Assembly (NCBI RefSeq): GCF_964194155.1
Contig: NC_135884.1
Span: 96,224,001-96,288,000, forward strand
Direction of reading: 5' to 3'
From: Cetorhinus maximus
Taxonomy: Eukaryota
DNA: 64,000 nt
Shown: piece after piece, positions 1 through 13,660 of the stretch
Numbering within the stretch: the stretch's first letter is position 1
Layout: each line of letters starts with the position of its first letter
Notes under the pieces: model-generated
The model's input: the letters and a program-made list of their open reading frames with translations, nothing else
What the model was told of the DNA's origin: nothing
The model's database searches: none
Program-made: the position numbers and the translations under genes

Positions 1-1943
1 TGCCAGGAGCAGCACCTGGGATACCTAAAAATGAGGTGTCAGCCTGGTGAAGCTATAACACAGGACTACTTGCGTGCCAAACAGCATAAGCAGCAAGTGA
101 TGGACAGAGCTAAGCGATCCAATAACCAACGGATCAGACCTAAGCTCTGCACTCCTGCCAGATCCAGTCGTGAATGGCGGTGGACAATTAAACAACTCAG
201 TGGAAGAGGAGGCGCCACAAATATCACCATCCTCGATGATGGGGGAGCCCAGTACATCAGTGCAAAAGATAAGGCTTAAGCATTTGCTACAATCTTCAGC
301 CAGAAGTGCCGAGTGGATGATCCATCTCGGCCTCCTCCGGAGGTCCCCAGCATCACGGATGCCAGTCTTCAGCCAATTTGATTCACTCCACATGATATCA
401 AGAAACGGCTAAAGGTACTGGATACTGCAAAGTCTATGGGCCCTGACAATATTCCGGCAATAGCACTGAAGACCTGTGCTCTAGAACTTGCCACGCCCCT
501 TGCCAAGCTGTTCCAGTACAGCTAGAATACTGGCATCTACCCGGCAATGTGGAAAATTGCCCAAGTATGTACTGTACAGAAAAAAATGCAGAACAAATCC
601 AACCCAGCCAATTACCACCCCATCACTCTACTCTCGATCATCGGTAAAGTAATGGAAGGGGTCATCAACAGTGCTATCAAGCGGCACTTGCTTACCAATA
701 ACCTGCTCACTGAAGCCCAGTTTGGGTTCCGCCAGGGCCACTCTGCTCCTGACCTCATTACAGCCTTGGACAAAAGAGCTGAATTCCCAAGGTGAGGTGA
801 GAGTGACTGCCCTTGACATCAAAGCCGCATTTGACCGAGTGTGGCATCAGGGAGCCCTAGCAAAACTGGAGTCAAAGGGAATCGAGGGGAAAACTCTCCA
901 CTGGTTGGAGTCATAACTAGCACAAAAGAAAGTGGTCGTTGGAGGTCAGTCATCTCAGCTCCAGGGCATCACTGCAGGAGTTCCTCAGGGTAGTGTCCTA
1001 GGCCCAACCATCTTCAGCTGCTTCATCAATGATCTTCCTTCCATCATAAGGTCAGAAGTGGGGATGTTCATTAATGATTGCACAATGTTCAGCACCATTC
1101 ACAACTCCCCAGATACTGAAGCAGTATATGTTCAAATGCAGCAAAACCTGGACAATATCCAGGCTTGGGCCAACAAGTGGCAGGTAACATTTGCACCAGA
1201 CAAGTGCTAGGCAATGACCATCTCCAACGAGAGAAAATCTAACCATTGCCCCTTGATGTGCAATGGCACCGCTATCGCCGAATACCCCACCATAAACATC
1301 CTGGGGATTACCATTGACCAGAAACCAAACTGGACTAGCTGTATAAATACTGTGGCTACAAGAGCAGGTCAGAGGCTAGGAATCCTGTGGCTAGTAACTG
1401 ACCTCCTGACTCCCCAAAGCCTGACTACCATCTACAAGGCACAAGTCAGGAGTGTGATGGAATATGCCCCACTTGCCTGGATGAGTGCAGCTCCAATAAC
1501 AAAGAAGCTTGACACCATTCAAGACAAAGCAGCCTGATTGACTGGCACCACATCCACAAACATTCACTCTCTCCACCACCGACACACAGTAGCAGCAGCG
1601 TGTACCATCTACAAGATGCATTGCAGGAATTCACCAAAGCTCCTTAGGCAGCACCTTCCAAACCCACAACAATCTAGAAGGACAAGGACAACACATTGGT
1701 GGGAGAACCATGACCTGGAAGTTCCCCTCAAAGTCACTCACCATCCTGACTTGGAAATATATCGCCGTTCCTTCACTGTCGCTGGGTCAAAATCCGGGAG
1801 CTCGCTTCCTAACAGCACTGTACCACATGGACTGCAGCGGTTCAAGAAGGCAGCTCACCCCCACTTGCTCAAGGGCAACTAGGGTTGGGCAATAAATGCT
1901 GGCCCAGCCAGTGAAGCCCACATCCCGTGAATGAATAAAAAAA
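1..1943 (+). mobile_element. CR1-clade LINE, decayed ORF2 (reverse transcriptase) and 3' end
   Basis: Frameshifted RT motifs (PANYHPITLLS, QFGFRQGHS, LDIKAAFDRVWH, GVPQGSVLGP, degenerate FINDC at the YADD position). Ends in GAATGAATAAAAAAAA. Confidence 0.9.
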
Positions 1944-1944
1944 A

Positions 1945-4330
1945 GAGCAACTCAGCTAATCCCACTCCCCCGCCCTGGCTCCATAACCATTCAATTTTTT
2001 TTTTGTCTTCACGGGTGCTTATCCAAATCCCTTTTGAAAGCCACAATTGAATCTTCCTCCACCACTCTCTCAGGCAGTGTATTCCAAATCCTAACCACTC
2101 ACTGCATAAAAAAGATTTTCCTCATGTCACCGTTGCTTTTTTTTGCCTTAAGTCGGTGTCCTCTGGTTCTCAACTTTCCTTCAATGGGAACAGTTTCTCC
2201 CTATCTACTCTGTCCAAACTGCTCATGATTTATGAACACCTCTATCAAATCTCCTCCCTACCTTCTCTGAGAATAACAATCCCAACTTTTCCAATCTATT
2301 CATGTAACTCAAGTCACCTCATTCTCATGAATCTTCTCTGCACCCTCTCTAAAGCTTTCTCATCATTCCTAAAGTGTGATGCCCAGAATTGGACACCACA
2401 TTCCAGTTGAGGCCGAAACAGTGTTTAATAAAAGTTCACCATAATGTCCTTGCCCTGGATCCCATATGCCTTTTTAACCACATTCTCAACATGCCCTACC
2501 ACCATTGATGATTTGTGCACATTTATCTCCAGGTTTCTCTGTTCCTGCAACCTCTTTGGAATTATACCCTTTAGCTTATATTCCCTCACCTCACTCTTCC
2601 TATCAAAACATATCACTTCACAGTCTGTACATTAAATTTCATCTGCCATGTGTCGGTGCAATCCAACAGCTGGTATACCTTCTCTTAAGGTCTCTCACTA
2701 TTCCCCTCACAGATCACAATAGTTCAAAGTTTTGGCCACTTGCAAAGTCCTGTACAAACAAGTCTAAGTCATTAATAGATATGAAGAAAAGCAGTGGTTC
2801 TAACATTGACTCCTAGGGAACACTGGTGATACCATCCTCCTGTCCGAGAAACAACTGTTCACTATAAGGCCATAAGACATAGGAGCAGAAGTAGGCCATT
2901 CAGCCCATCGAGTCTGCTCCACCATTGAATGAGATCATGGCTATCCGATAATCCTCAATTCCACTTTCCTGCCTTTTCCCCATAACCCTTGATTCCCTTA
3001 CTGATTAAAAATCTATCTCAGCTTTGAATATACTTAACGACCCAGCCTCAACAGCCTCCTGCGGTAAAGAATTCCACAGATTCACTACCCTCAGAAGAAA
3101 TTCCTCCTCATCTCTGTCTTAAATGGGTGACCCTTAACTCTGAGATTATGCCCTCTGGTCCTAGACTCTCCCACAAGGGGCAACAACCTCTCAGCATCTA
3201 CCCTGTCAAGCCCCCTAAGAATCTTATACATTTCAATGAGGTCACCTCTCATTCTTTTAAACTCCAATGAGTACAGGCCTAACCTACTCAACCTCTCATA
3301 GAAAATCCCTCCATACCCAGGATCAACCTAGTGAACCTTCTCTGGACTACCTCCAATGCCAGTATAATAGATAAGGGGACCAAAACTGTTCACAGTATTC
3401 TAGGTGTGGTCTAACCAGTGCCTTGTATAGTTTTAGCAAGACTTCCCTATTTTTATACTCCATTCCCAATGAAATAAAGGCCAACATTCCATTTGCCTTC
3501 CCTATTAGCTGTTGAACTTGTATGCTAGCTTTTTATGATTCATGCATGAGGACTTCCAAATCCCTCTGTGCTTCAGCTTTCTGTAGTCTTTCTCCATTTA
3601 AATAATATTCAGCTCCTTTATTCTTCCTGCCAAAGTGCATAACCTCACATTTTCCCACATTATATTCCATCTGCCAAGTTTTTGCCCACTCACTTAACCT
3701 GTCTTTTTCCCTCTGTAAACTCTGTGTCATTCTCACCACTTGCCTTCCACCTATTTTTATGTCATCTGCAAACTTGGCGATAGTACATTCACTTCCCTCA
3801 TCCAAGTCATTAATATATATTGTAAATAATTGTGGCCCCAGCACTGATCCTAGTGACACTCCACTTGTTACAGGTTGCCATCCTGAAAACACCCCCTTTA
3901 TCCCAACCCTCTGTCTTCTATTAGTTAGCCAATCCTCTATCCATAATATACTACCCCCAACACCATCGGCTCTTAACTTATTAAGTAGCCTCATGTGCTG
4001 TATCTTATCAGACACCTTTTGGAAATTCAAATATATTACATCTACTGGTTCCCCTTTATCTATCCTGCTTGTTACCTCCTTAAAGAATTCTAATAAATTT
4101 GTCAGGCATGATTTCCCCTTCATGAAGCCATGCTGACTCTGCCTGATCATATTATGTATTTCTAAATGCTCTGTTATTACATTCTTTATAATAGACTCCA
4201 ACATTTCCCCAGTAACAGATGTTGAGCTAACTGGCCTATAGTTACCTACTATTGTTCTATGTTCTCTGTCACTCAGCCAACTTTGTATCCACGCCATCAG
4301 TTTATTTTGTTCCATGGGGCTCAACTTCGC
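1945..4330 (-). mobile_element. Nested CR1 LINE fragments (RT and 3' ends)
   Basis: Minus-strand ORFs 3533-4399 (GNYRPVS, QHGFMKGKSCLTNL, KFADD) and 3091-3291 (LGLYSLE..RMRGDLIE..K). A younger copy at ~2870-4250 sits inside an older one. Confidence 0.85.
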
Positions 4331-4659
4331 CAACAAGAGTATTTTCATTTCAGCTCCAAACTTTCTATGTTTAACCTGGTTCTCGCTTGAATTATCCACC
4401 TGATATCTGTCACCCCTTTCTCTGCTTCGCTGTTCGCTCTATCTCTTTCGCCATCTAGGGAGCTTTGGATTTGGTTGTCCTACTTTTCCCCCTCATGGGA
4501 CTCTACCTGAACCATCTCCTCTTTGTTCAGTTACAGTGATATGTTGATAGAATTGGATGCGGGAGGATCGAATGGAGAATAAACACCAGGATCGACTGGT
4601 TGGGCCGATGGTCAGTTTGTGTGTTCTATATTCTGTGTAATATTGATTCAGCCTTGGCT

Positions 4660-4990
4660 CGGGGGAAATCTCCTGATGGCGCACACACCGGCTCTCCCTC
4701 CGTTAATCCCAGCCTCAGTTACTCACTCGGCCCCGCCAACTGCTCCCTCTGCTCGGAGCCGAGGCCCCGCTCCGGCCGGGCCCACCTCCTCCTCCTCCTC
4801 CTCCGAGCTGCTGCTGTAATTAACCAGAAACATCCCAGAGCCGGGCGCTTTCAAATCCGTTGCTGTGCAACCGCCGCCATCTTGGACCCAGGTGCCACAG
4901 TCTGTATGTTCCGGCCGGACCTGCGCACCAACAACTGGGTTCCGGGCGCCTCAAACACTAAACAACCTCCCCAGAGCCACTCGGCCTGAT
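4660..4990 (-). promoter_or_regulatory. CpG-island housekeeping promoter with YY1-type motif
   Basis: Local GC/CpG enrichment in an otherwise CpG-poor background. CCGCCATCTT (AAGATGGCGG on minus) at 4874-4883. Confidence 0.75.
4727..4833 (-). CDS. usb1: Probable first coding exon of U6 snRNA phosphodiesterase USB1 (remaining exons lie left of the window)
   Basis: ATG at 4833 reads MFLVNYSSSSEEEEEEVGPAGAGPRLRAEGAVGGA, followed by a GTGAGT donor (4726-4721, phase 2), inside a CpG island. The LV(N/G)YSSS-acidic N-terminus is what I recall for vertebrate USB1. Only one exon is visible, so the identity is not certain. Confidence 0.65.
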
Positions 4991-5659
4991 CCCAGCTGCT
5001 CAGGCACTTTCCATGGCCAGTTCTTGTCATACAGACATAGGATTCTGAATACATAAGTTGCATTTAATATAGCGTCATTTTTTTTTAGGATTTTCACAAT
5101 TTTGATTTGTAAATTATTCTTATGTAGAAAATAGAGCAGAAAATTTAATTGAACGGTTCATCTGTTTTGCTGAGGGAGAGTTGTTGTGGGCCAGGACACC
5201 AGGAGAGCTAACGGTCCTTTAAGTAATGACATGGGATATTTTAAATCAGCAGAATAGGCAGACAGGCTTTGGTTTAATCTCTCCTCCAACGATCAATACT
5301 CTTCCTCTATCAGAAATGTTCTAGTGTTGTGGAGTGGGACTTGAACCATCACAAACACAGGACTAACTGACCTATGCTGACAACAGAACGTTCATTTAGA
5401 ACTGCTTCAAATGAAAGCACGACCCGCATCAATCTCTAGGGCTGCAAAATTATGTCACAGGCACTGCAATTAATTCAAGATATTGGGAGAATTTTAAAGC
5501 AATTAGTAATTTAAATTTGTCTTCTAGACCTTCCCTGCAGCGAAGGCCCCACAGGAGTCAATGATCAAGGAATGAATTCACTAGCATGTATGGGCCAGCT
5601 GAATGATTTTTGGAAGAATGTTGACCAGGATAGGGGATAAGTACTTTGGTTGTATCAGG

Positions 5660-6145
5660 TGTGGCTCAGTTGGTAGCACTCTTGCCTCTAAGTCACTCTT
5701 GTTTCTAAGGCAATGTGTAATGATATGGGTGGTCTTTAATTTGAAGCTGAGTCATGGGATAGTGAGTTCAAATCCCACTCCAACACTTGAGTACAAAAAT
5801 CTGTGCAGCATGAAGAGTGCTGCATAGTCAGAGGTGCTGACTCTAAGATGTGATGTTAAATTGAGATTCTGCCAGTTCTCTCAGGCAGATGTGGACAATC
5901 CTACTTTGAAGAAGAACAGTGGGGTTATACCCAGTGTCTTGGTTAATATTGATCCCTCGACACCACAAAAGCAGATTTTCTGGCTATTCTCACACTGTTG
6001 TTTGTGGAAGCTTGCTTGAGCAAATTGACTGCTGTGTTTCCTGCATTACAACGGAGACTACACTTCAAAAAACTTCATTGGATATAAGTGCTTTGGAATG
6101 TCCTGTGGTTGCAAAAGATGCTATACAAATGAATATATTTCTTTA
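5660..6145 (+). mobile_element. tRNA-derived SINE (DeuSINE/SacSINE1-like)
   Basis: A-box-like GTGGCTCAGTTGGTAGC and B-box-like GAGTTCAAATCCC. The body is shared with the copies at 16540 and ~61200. Confidence 0.75.
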
Positions 6146-6214
6146 ATATGTCATTAGATCTTTATCACCAGCAGACAGGACCTCTTTACCATCTTATTGC
6201 AGGATGGCACCTCA

Positions 6215-6530
6215 GACCAAAGAGGGGGTGCAACAAAGGTTCACCAGATTAATCCCTGTGTTAGCGGGATTGTCCTATGAGGAGAGATTGAGGAGACTGA
6301 CTCTATATTTAGAAGAATGAGGGGGCTCGACAGGGTAGATGCAGGGAGGTTGTTTCCCCTAGTTGAGAGGTCTATAACCGGGGGACACAATCCCAGAATA
6401 AGACCTAGGCCATTTAGGACCAAGATGAGGAGTAATTTCTTCAGTCATAGGGTGGTAAATCTTTGGAATTCTCTACCCCAAGGGACTGTGAAGGCTAATA
6501 TGTTCAAAGCAGAGATCGATAGGTATGTAA
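6215..6530 (+). mobile_element. CR1 LINE 3' fragment
   Basis: ORF 6317-6547 reads MRGLDRVDAGRLFPL...FFSHRVVNLWNSLP, the CR1 ORF2 C-terminus. Confidence 0.8.
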
Positions 6531-7459
6531 TTCCTTGTAATTGGTAACACGTCAATGTCCTAAACCTGAATACAGATCTTTAAGGGTGTTTCCAAACAGG
6601 ATCAGGATAAGTGGGGGAGCTTCGGCTGCCTGCTGGGCTGTGCTTCATTCCCTTGAAGGGTTTTCATCTTATCCTCAAAAGATGCAAATCCAATGTGGAA
6701 TACAGAGAGGGCAGGTGGTGGGGCCATAGCTTAGCTTCTGTTCCTCGCTCTGCTGCTGAAACTTTCTTGAACATTTTAACAATGTCAATAACTAATGACC
6801 CCACATCAGAAAACAAAGAAGCAATTTTTAAAAACAACTTGTATATTTTAAATCACCCCATCCCCCAACCCCCAAAGCTTATCAGGTGTACATTTTTGTG
6901 CAGATTGACACCCATATCACTGGTGCCAGAGCACATCAGAAAGTCAACTGGCAACTTTTTTTGCATCCACAGAATTTTGCTTTTTGTCTCCACTCTGATG
7001 TGGACTAAAACCGTTTGAACTTTGACATCCGCTTTATTTTAGTGAGATTTCCATACAGTTCACTCAAAACCCAAACCTGGACAGACAGCAGCCCTATGTA
7101 CTTTACTGATGGTTACCCAAATACCATTTGTTCCTCATAAACATTTGCACTTCACTGGCTGAAGCTTAACTAAAGCGTATCCAGTCTTAGTCCTACTGGC
7201 CCCCAGGGGGTGTCAAAACATATCTAATGCTTGACCTCGCTGTACTTCAGCTCTGATAAGTAATTTTAATCTGCACTGAACAGAACAATGAGAAAATAGA
7301 ATGCGTAAACACTTCTCATACTAGTCTAATAGACCTTTTCCAGTAAATATTTTTTTCCAGTTGTACGATTTATTGATTCATTTTAACCTACTTTTTTGTT
7401 TATCCTTCATCCTCCCGCTCCCTGGCCACTGGTCTAAGGCTGAACCAAACCCTTTACAG

Positions 7460-8270
7460 CCTTAGCATCTTATTTGACCCTGAGCTGAGCTTCCAACTTC
7501 ACACGCTCTCCTTTACAAAAGCCACCTATTTCCTTATCCATGACAACACTCGCCAATGTTCCTGCCTCAGCTTATCCACTACAGAAACGCTTATCCAAAT
7601 CTTTGTTGCCTCTAAAGTTGACAATGCCAAGGCACTCTGGGACGGTCTCTCAACTTTCAAAAAAAAAGACTTGCTAAAAAAATACATTGCTTTCCACAAA
7701 CATTAGATTTCTCAAAGCGCTTTACAGCCAATGAAGTGTTTTTTTTTAAAGTTCAGTCACAGCTGTAGCGCAGGAAACCTTCTTAAACAAATATCTACTG
7801 GTCTTATCATAACTCAAAGCAAGTCCCGTTCATTTACCTCTCCTCCTGTGCTTAATGGCCTACATTGGCTCCCATTCAGGCAATGCCTCAATCTTAAAAT
7901 TCTCATCCTTGTTTTCAATCCGTCTATAACTTTGCCCCTCCCTATCTCTATAAGCTCTTCCAGGCCCAAAACCCTCCAAGGTATCTGTGTTCCTTGATCC
8001 CTTTGGCATTCCTGATTTTAATCACTCCACCACTGACGGCCATGCCTTTTCTTGCCGAGGTCCTAAGCTCTGGAATTCCCTCCCTGAACCTCTGCACTTT
8101 TCCCTCTCCCTTTCCTATCTTAAGACACCCCATAAGACCTACCATTTTGATCAGGTTTTTGGACACCTGCCCTAATATCTTTTTGCAACTCAGTGTCCAA
8201 TTTTGTTTGATGATGCTCATGTGAAGTGCCTTGGGATGTTTCATTATGTTAATGGGGCTACGTAAATGAA
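7460..8270 (+). mobile_element. Old L2-like LINE 3' fragment
   Basis: Remnants LHWLP and AFS..GPKLWNSLP...LKT. The 3' tail is similar to 12620-12990. Confidence 0.65.
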
Positions 8271-11184
8271 TGAACGAGGTTGGGCAGCAATGCCTGCAAA
8301 TCTGCCAGATTTAGCTCGCACATTACCAAGTCTGCCACAAGGGGGTGATTTTGTTCTATCCTTTCGTTGATATTCATCTCACCCACGTGCAACCCGTTTC
8401 CTGCACAGACCCTACAGAGGTTCTGCTCAAATTAACAAACTTAAGACTGGCATTCAGGGTTGAGGTAGCCAAAGGCTTTCTTGAGGGGTTGAGGGGGGCT
8501 TCTCTTGGCCCACAGGAAATGCTGCGAAAGGAACCATCAGCTCCTACCTTATTTTCATTGCCAGGTTTCCTGATCCCTAGGAAATCTATGCAGCAGCTGT
8601 GAAATTTAAATCAGGTACCCAATTGTACTGTGACAGCCTGATTTAAATACTTCAATAAAGTATCCCACCTCTCCATTGCAGGTCACTCGGACACAGTGTT
8701 ATTCGCCATTGTTAAAAAGGAGCCCAACACATGCATGGGTGCATTCCTGATATTCAACTCTTTAACCCCCACAACCCTCTTTTATCTGTCATGGCAGGGT
8801 TATTATTCAGGGCAGTGGCTCTCCTCCTCTCATCCCGAAGAGGATAGTTGCTATGTCTCGTCACTATCTAGTCACTAGTTGGACACAGCAAGAACTTAGG
8901 TTGACTCACAATTTAGGTTGACTCGGTTCGATAACTAATGCTAGTTGGGAATGTAGATTGTGGTGCAAAGTTTACAAAGAGTTTGCATTTAGTTACTGCC
9001 TTTCACAGCTTCAGGACATCTCAAAAGGCTTCACAGCCTAAAGTGTTGTCGCTGTTGTACTGTAAGGAAATGCGGCAGCCATTTTGTATCCAGCAAAGTC
9101 CCACAAATAGCAAATCTCAGCCCTCACGCCTAAATGGCTACTCTTCTTGTGTGAAGCTTGACAGTGTAGGTCAGGAAAATGTTCAACATGTTACAGCATG
9201 TATAATGTTGGGAGCACCTTATGGGTGCACCCATATTGCGTGCAATGAACAGGCCCGTGCAGGGAATAAGATATTGCAATTCACCCACATTAGTGTGGGA
9301 AGCAGGAAACCGCACCCACAAAGTGGGTTCAATGTGCTTGGCACAGAGAGAAAGGGTGTGACCTGCTTACCCATCAGAAATGTGGCTTTCAAACTGTAAT
9401 CACATGTTGTGGTCCTGCTAGTCCTCATGTGAAGTGTTTTATAACTGAAGCTGAAAGTGTGCCTAACAATTTCGCTCTCTCAATCCAAGTTAGCTATTGA
9501 CTGGTTCATGTGGCTCCTTCTGTCACCATCAGTTCTTCTTCCTTTCCCTCATTCTCTATTTACTTTCCACACTCACTTCTTTGAAAAGAAAGAAAATGTG
9601 ACATTAAACAAACATTACTGAATAATAATAATATTTACCCTATGTCTTGGGATTTGCTTTCTTCTACATAACTGTAAGTTATAATATTTAATTCAATGCC
9701 AAATTATGGACAGAAAGTGAAATAAAGTGAGGGAATGAAAGACTGAAGAAACAAGTGACAAAGAAAAAAGTAAACATAAAATTTGAATTTTTCAATGTTT
9801 TATATCTCCAACAAAAATTACAATCTGAAGGAAGGAGATTATACAGCTGCTTCTTCAGTTCTCTGCCCAAAGGCAGGTCCCCCCCACAGTGTCATGACCT
9901 CCACCACGAGTAGAGAAAGGGGCAAGTCCCAAAGCCACACCAGCTGAAACAGGGATTGAACTCCATGCTGTTGGCATCTATCTGATCCACACTGGCTGCC
10001 CAAGGAGTGCAAGTTGCTGTGGCAACATACAGTTTTACATGCATGTTATAGTCCAAGCCATGAATAGTAATGGCAGAGGCTCCAATTTTCTTTCCATCAC
10101 ATGGCTGACCAGGAATCTCTCCCACTTTTATCACCTGCCATTGGCCTTCGTTGGAAGAATTTACAGGTTGATATGCAAACTGTTTAGCCACATTATGAAC
10201 ACACCTTCCTTGGCCATCAAGTCCTGTAATAGGGCTTGAATCCAGGGCTTGTGGCTCAGAGGCAGGGATGATACCCACTGCGCCACAAGATCTCCATTCT
10301 ACAGCTGTGAAAATTAATTTTCAGTACCAGAGAGGTTTCTCATAAGTAATTAAGACTTATCATGCCATTTAAAAAATTACTAACACTGGAATGGACAAGG
10401 TTAACTTTCTCTGATGACTTTAGTGTGTATCCATCATGTATGCACAGCAATTTTGTGCTGTTCTATGTGTTTCAATGTTGAATCTCCCAGTGAGACACCA
10501 TTATTGTGCAGCTCCTGGAGGAGCAGGACATCTTAGACAGCAACTTCCCAATTTTTGTGTTTAACTGCTGCCCATCTTGCAGTTTAATAACAGTGAGTGG
10601 GGATAGTGTCACTATTTTTTCTATCCCAATACCTGGGCCAATATGTGGGTGGGCAGAATGATGGCAGATGGTATTTGATGCAGACAAGTGTAACAAAAAT
10701 CATCTGAATGGGCACATACTCCAAGACTGGTGTTAAAGTAGCTAAGAGTTAAGCTGAATGAAGGAGTCTTAGTAGACTCATATCTCAACAAGCCTAACCA
10801 ACCCAGAGCAGCAATCAACAAAACCCACTGAATGCTGCACTGTAGAGCATGAGTGAGAGGAATTTGTGCAGTGCTCCAATCAGACCACACCATGAGTGTC
10901 TAGTGCTGGTCACGAGATGCAGGAGAGACGTTCAAGCACTAAAGGCAGAGAAGGGAGGGATCACAAAGCTGATTGGCAGAGTTAGGGTCTAAGTTATAAG
11001 GGAAGACATGTCCTGTGCATTTTGGAAAGGAAACATCCCCAAGCTGATCTTATAGAGAAACATGAGATGGGTAAGGGTATGAGAGAGATAAATGTGGATT
11101 ACAATTTTAAATTAAATTTGGAAAATAGGACAAGGAGACACAGGTTCAAATCAGTAATGATAAATTTAAGACTGATATCAGAGA

Positions 11185-11735
11185 GTGCTGTGCACAGTTC
11201 TGGTCACCATATTATAAAGAGGTAAAAGAGGCACTGGAGAGACCACAGAGTATATTTACAAGGATTATCCTGGAAGCATGTGGGTATCCCCATCAGGAAA
11301 GGATTGACAGGCTGGGTCTCTTTTTCTTGAAAAATACTTAATGAAGATGACTTAATGAAGATCTTTAAAATTATGAAAGGTTTTGATAGAGTGGATACAG
11401 ACAGAATATTTTCTCTTGTGGGGAAGAGCATAACTAAAGGCCAACAATATAAGATAGTCACCAAGAAATCCAATAGGGAATTCAGGAGCAACTTATTTAC
11501 TCAATGTGTGTTAAGAATATGGAAGTTGCTACCACAGAGAGTTGTTGAAGTGAATAGTATAGATGCATTTAAGGGGAAGCTAGGCAAGTGTATGATGGAG
11601 AAGGGAATAGAGGGTTCCAATGATAGATTTAGCTGAGGAAAGATGGGAGGAGTCTTGCATGGAGCATTAACACCAGCATGGACTGGTTGGGCCGAATGGC
11701 TTGTTTCTGTGCCATATATCCTATATAATCCTATG
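11185..11735 (+). mobile_element. CR1 LINE 3' fragment
   Basis: ORF 11355-11636 (FKIMKGFDRVD...FTQCVLRIWKLLP...FKGKL) plus a CR1 3' tail. Confidence 0.8.
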
Positions 11736-12619
11736 TAATGTTCTTCTTCACAGAGAGTGGTGGAATAGATTATTGCATTGAAAATCCTGGAAAGATTTAA
11801 GAGACAATTGGATGTGGCAATGAGGGAATGGTAGAATTTTTCTGGACGAAAGAAGTTCAATGAGTCAAATGGCCTTCCTCATCCATAACTATCTTGTGAA
11901 ATCTCACAGGCAAACTCCACCCTGTCTTCCCCCAGCTATACACACAAACTTCCAAATAAGAGTCTCTTGTAGCCATCAGGATTTGAATCCTGAATGATTT
12001 TCTTTACTTCCCTAGCCCAGAGGCCTAAAGGCATTTCTACTACTCCCTTAGCCAAAATGAGCTGACTCATCAAACACTAACGATTGAACAAAAGACCATT
12101 TTTAATCTGTGTTGGTTTAATCCCACACTGGACCATAAAGATGCCAACCTAGTCACCATAGAGAGTAGCTTTAATGTTTTAAAATGTGTTATAGTGGTTT
12201 TAGAAAGTTTTCTTGATATGAGTCTGCCTTGGGTCAGTCAAGGTGGTGGGCTCTGTGCTTGCTGAACTCTGCTCTGATGCATGATGCTTCCCATTTCTGG
12301 TCAGCACTACAACAAGCAGGGTTACTGGCTGCATTTGGCTCTTGTTCCCTTTTATTCAATTGGCATTTTTTTCATATTAACCCGCAGCAGGAAGATGCGC
12401 ATTGGCAGGGTAATTATCTGAAAAAGGATTACTATGCCAGAAATGCAAGCTGTTTTTGCTGATCCAAAACCCAGCCCTGTAGTTAAACTGCAATTTCTGT
12501 TAGTCACAGTGATAATGCAACACCCTGCAAATATCCACTTTCAATACTAAGTGCTGTATTTAAGTTACACCCTGAGCAAAATTATTATTTTGGATATTTT
12601 GATACTATATTTAGGCTAC

Positions 12620-12990
12620 TAAAATTCTCAATTTCACTCTTATTTTCAAATTCCTCTCTAATCTTGACCCTCACTGCCCTGTAGCCTCCTTCAGCCCTGC
12701 TTCTGTCCAAGATCTCTGTGCTTCTCAAATTCTGTCCCCTTGGGTTTCTCCACTGTTGGCAGTCATACCTATAGCTGCCAAGCCCTTAATTCTGGAATTC
12801 CCTCCCTAGCCCTCTTCACCTCTCTATCTCTGTCGCCTCCTTTAAGACACTTCTTAAAATCTTCCTATTTTCCCTGTCCTAATATCTCCTTTTGTGGCTT
12901 GGTGTCAAATTTTGTTTGATAACCCTCCTGTGAAGTGCCTCAGGACATTTTAATATATTAAAGGTGTTATATGGATGCAAGTTGTGATGT
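12620..12990 (+). mobile_element. Old L2-like LINE 3' fragment
   Basis: Similar to 7890-8270 (CTGGAATTCCCTCCCT...TTTAAGACAC...GTGAAGTGCCT). Confidence 0.6.
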
Positions 12991-13125
12991 TGCTGAAATC
13001 AGTAGATTAATATCACATCTCTTCTCAGAAAACACAATCAGAAACGGAAATCATTGATATGTGCTCTACTTGTGATCATTTTTCTATCTGGACTATATTC
13101 ATTGCTTTGGCACATTGTCTGTTAT

Positions 13126-13660
13126 CACAGAATCACAGAATCACACAATGCAGAAGAGGCCCTTCGGCCCATCAAGTCTGCACCAACACGTGAGAAAAAC
13201 CTGACCTGCCTATCAAATCCCATTTACCAGCACTTGGCCCATAGCCTTGAATGTTATGACATGCCATGTGCTCATCCAGGTACTTTTTAAAGGGTGTGAG
13301 GCAACCCGCCTCCACCACCCTCCCAGGCAGCGCATTCCAGACCTTCACCACCCTCTGGGTAAAAAGGTTTTTCCTCACATCCCCCCTAAACCTCCTGCTC
13401 CTCACCTTGAACTTATGCCCCCTCGTGACTGACCCTTCAACTAAGGGGAACAGCTGCTCCATAGCCACCCTGTCCTTGCCCCTCATAATCTTGTACACCT
13501 CAATCAGGTCACCCCTCAGTCTTCTCTGCTCCAACAAAAACAACCCAAGTCTATCCAACCTCTCTTCATAACTTAAACGTTTCATCCCAGGCAACATCCT
13601 GGTGAATCTCCTCTGCACCCTCTCCAGTGCAATCACATCCTTCCTATAATGTGGCAACCA
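13126..13660 (-). mobile_element. Young CR1 LINE 3' end
   Basis: ORF 13172-13735 reads PHYRKDVIALERVQRRFTRMLPGM...RRLRGDLIEVYKIM. Terminal (CACAGAAT)n microsatellite tail. Confidence 0.9.

Noticed and set aside
5660-5785. tRNA gene
   Set aside because: It is a SINE head continuous with a SINE body, and no intact cloverleaf is visible.
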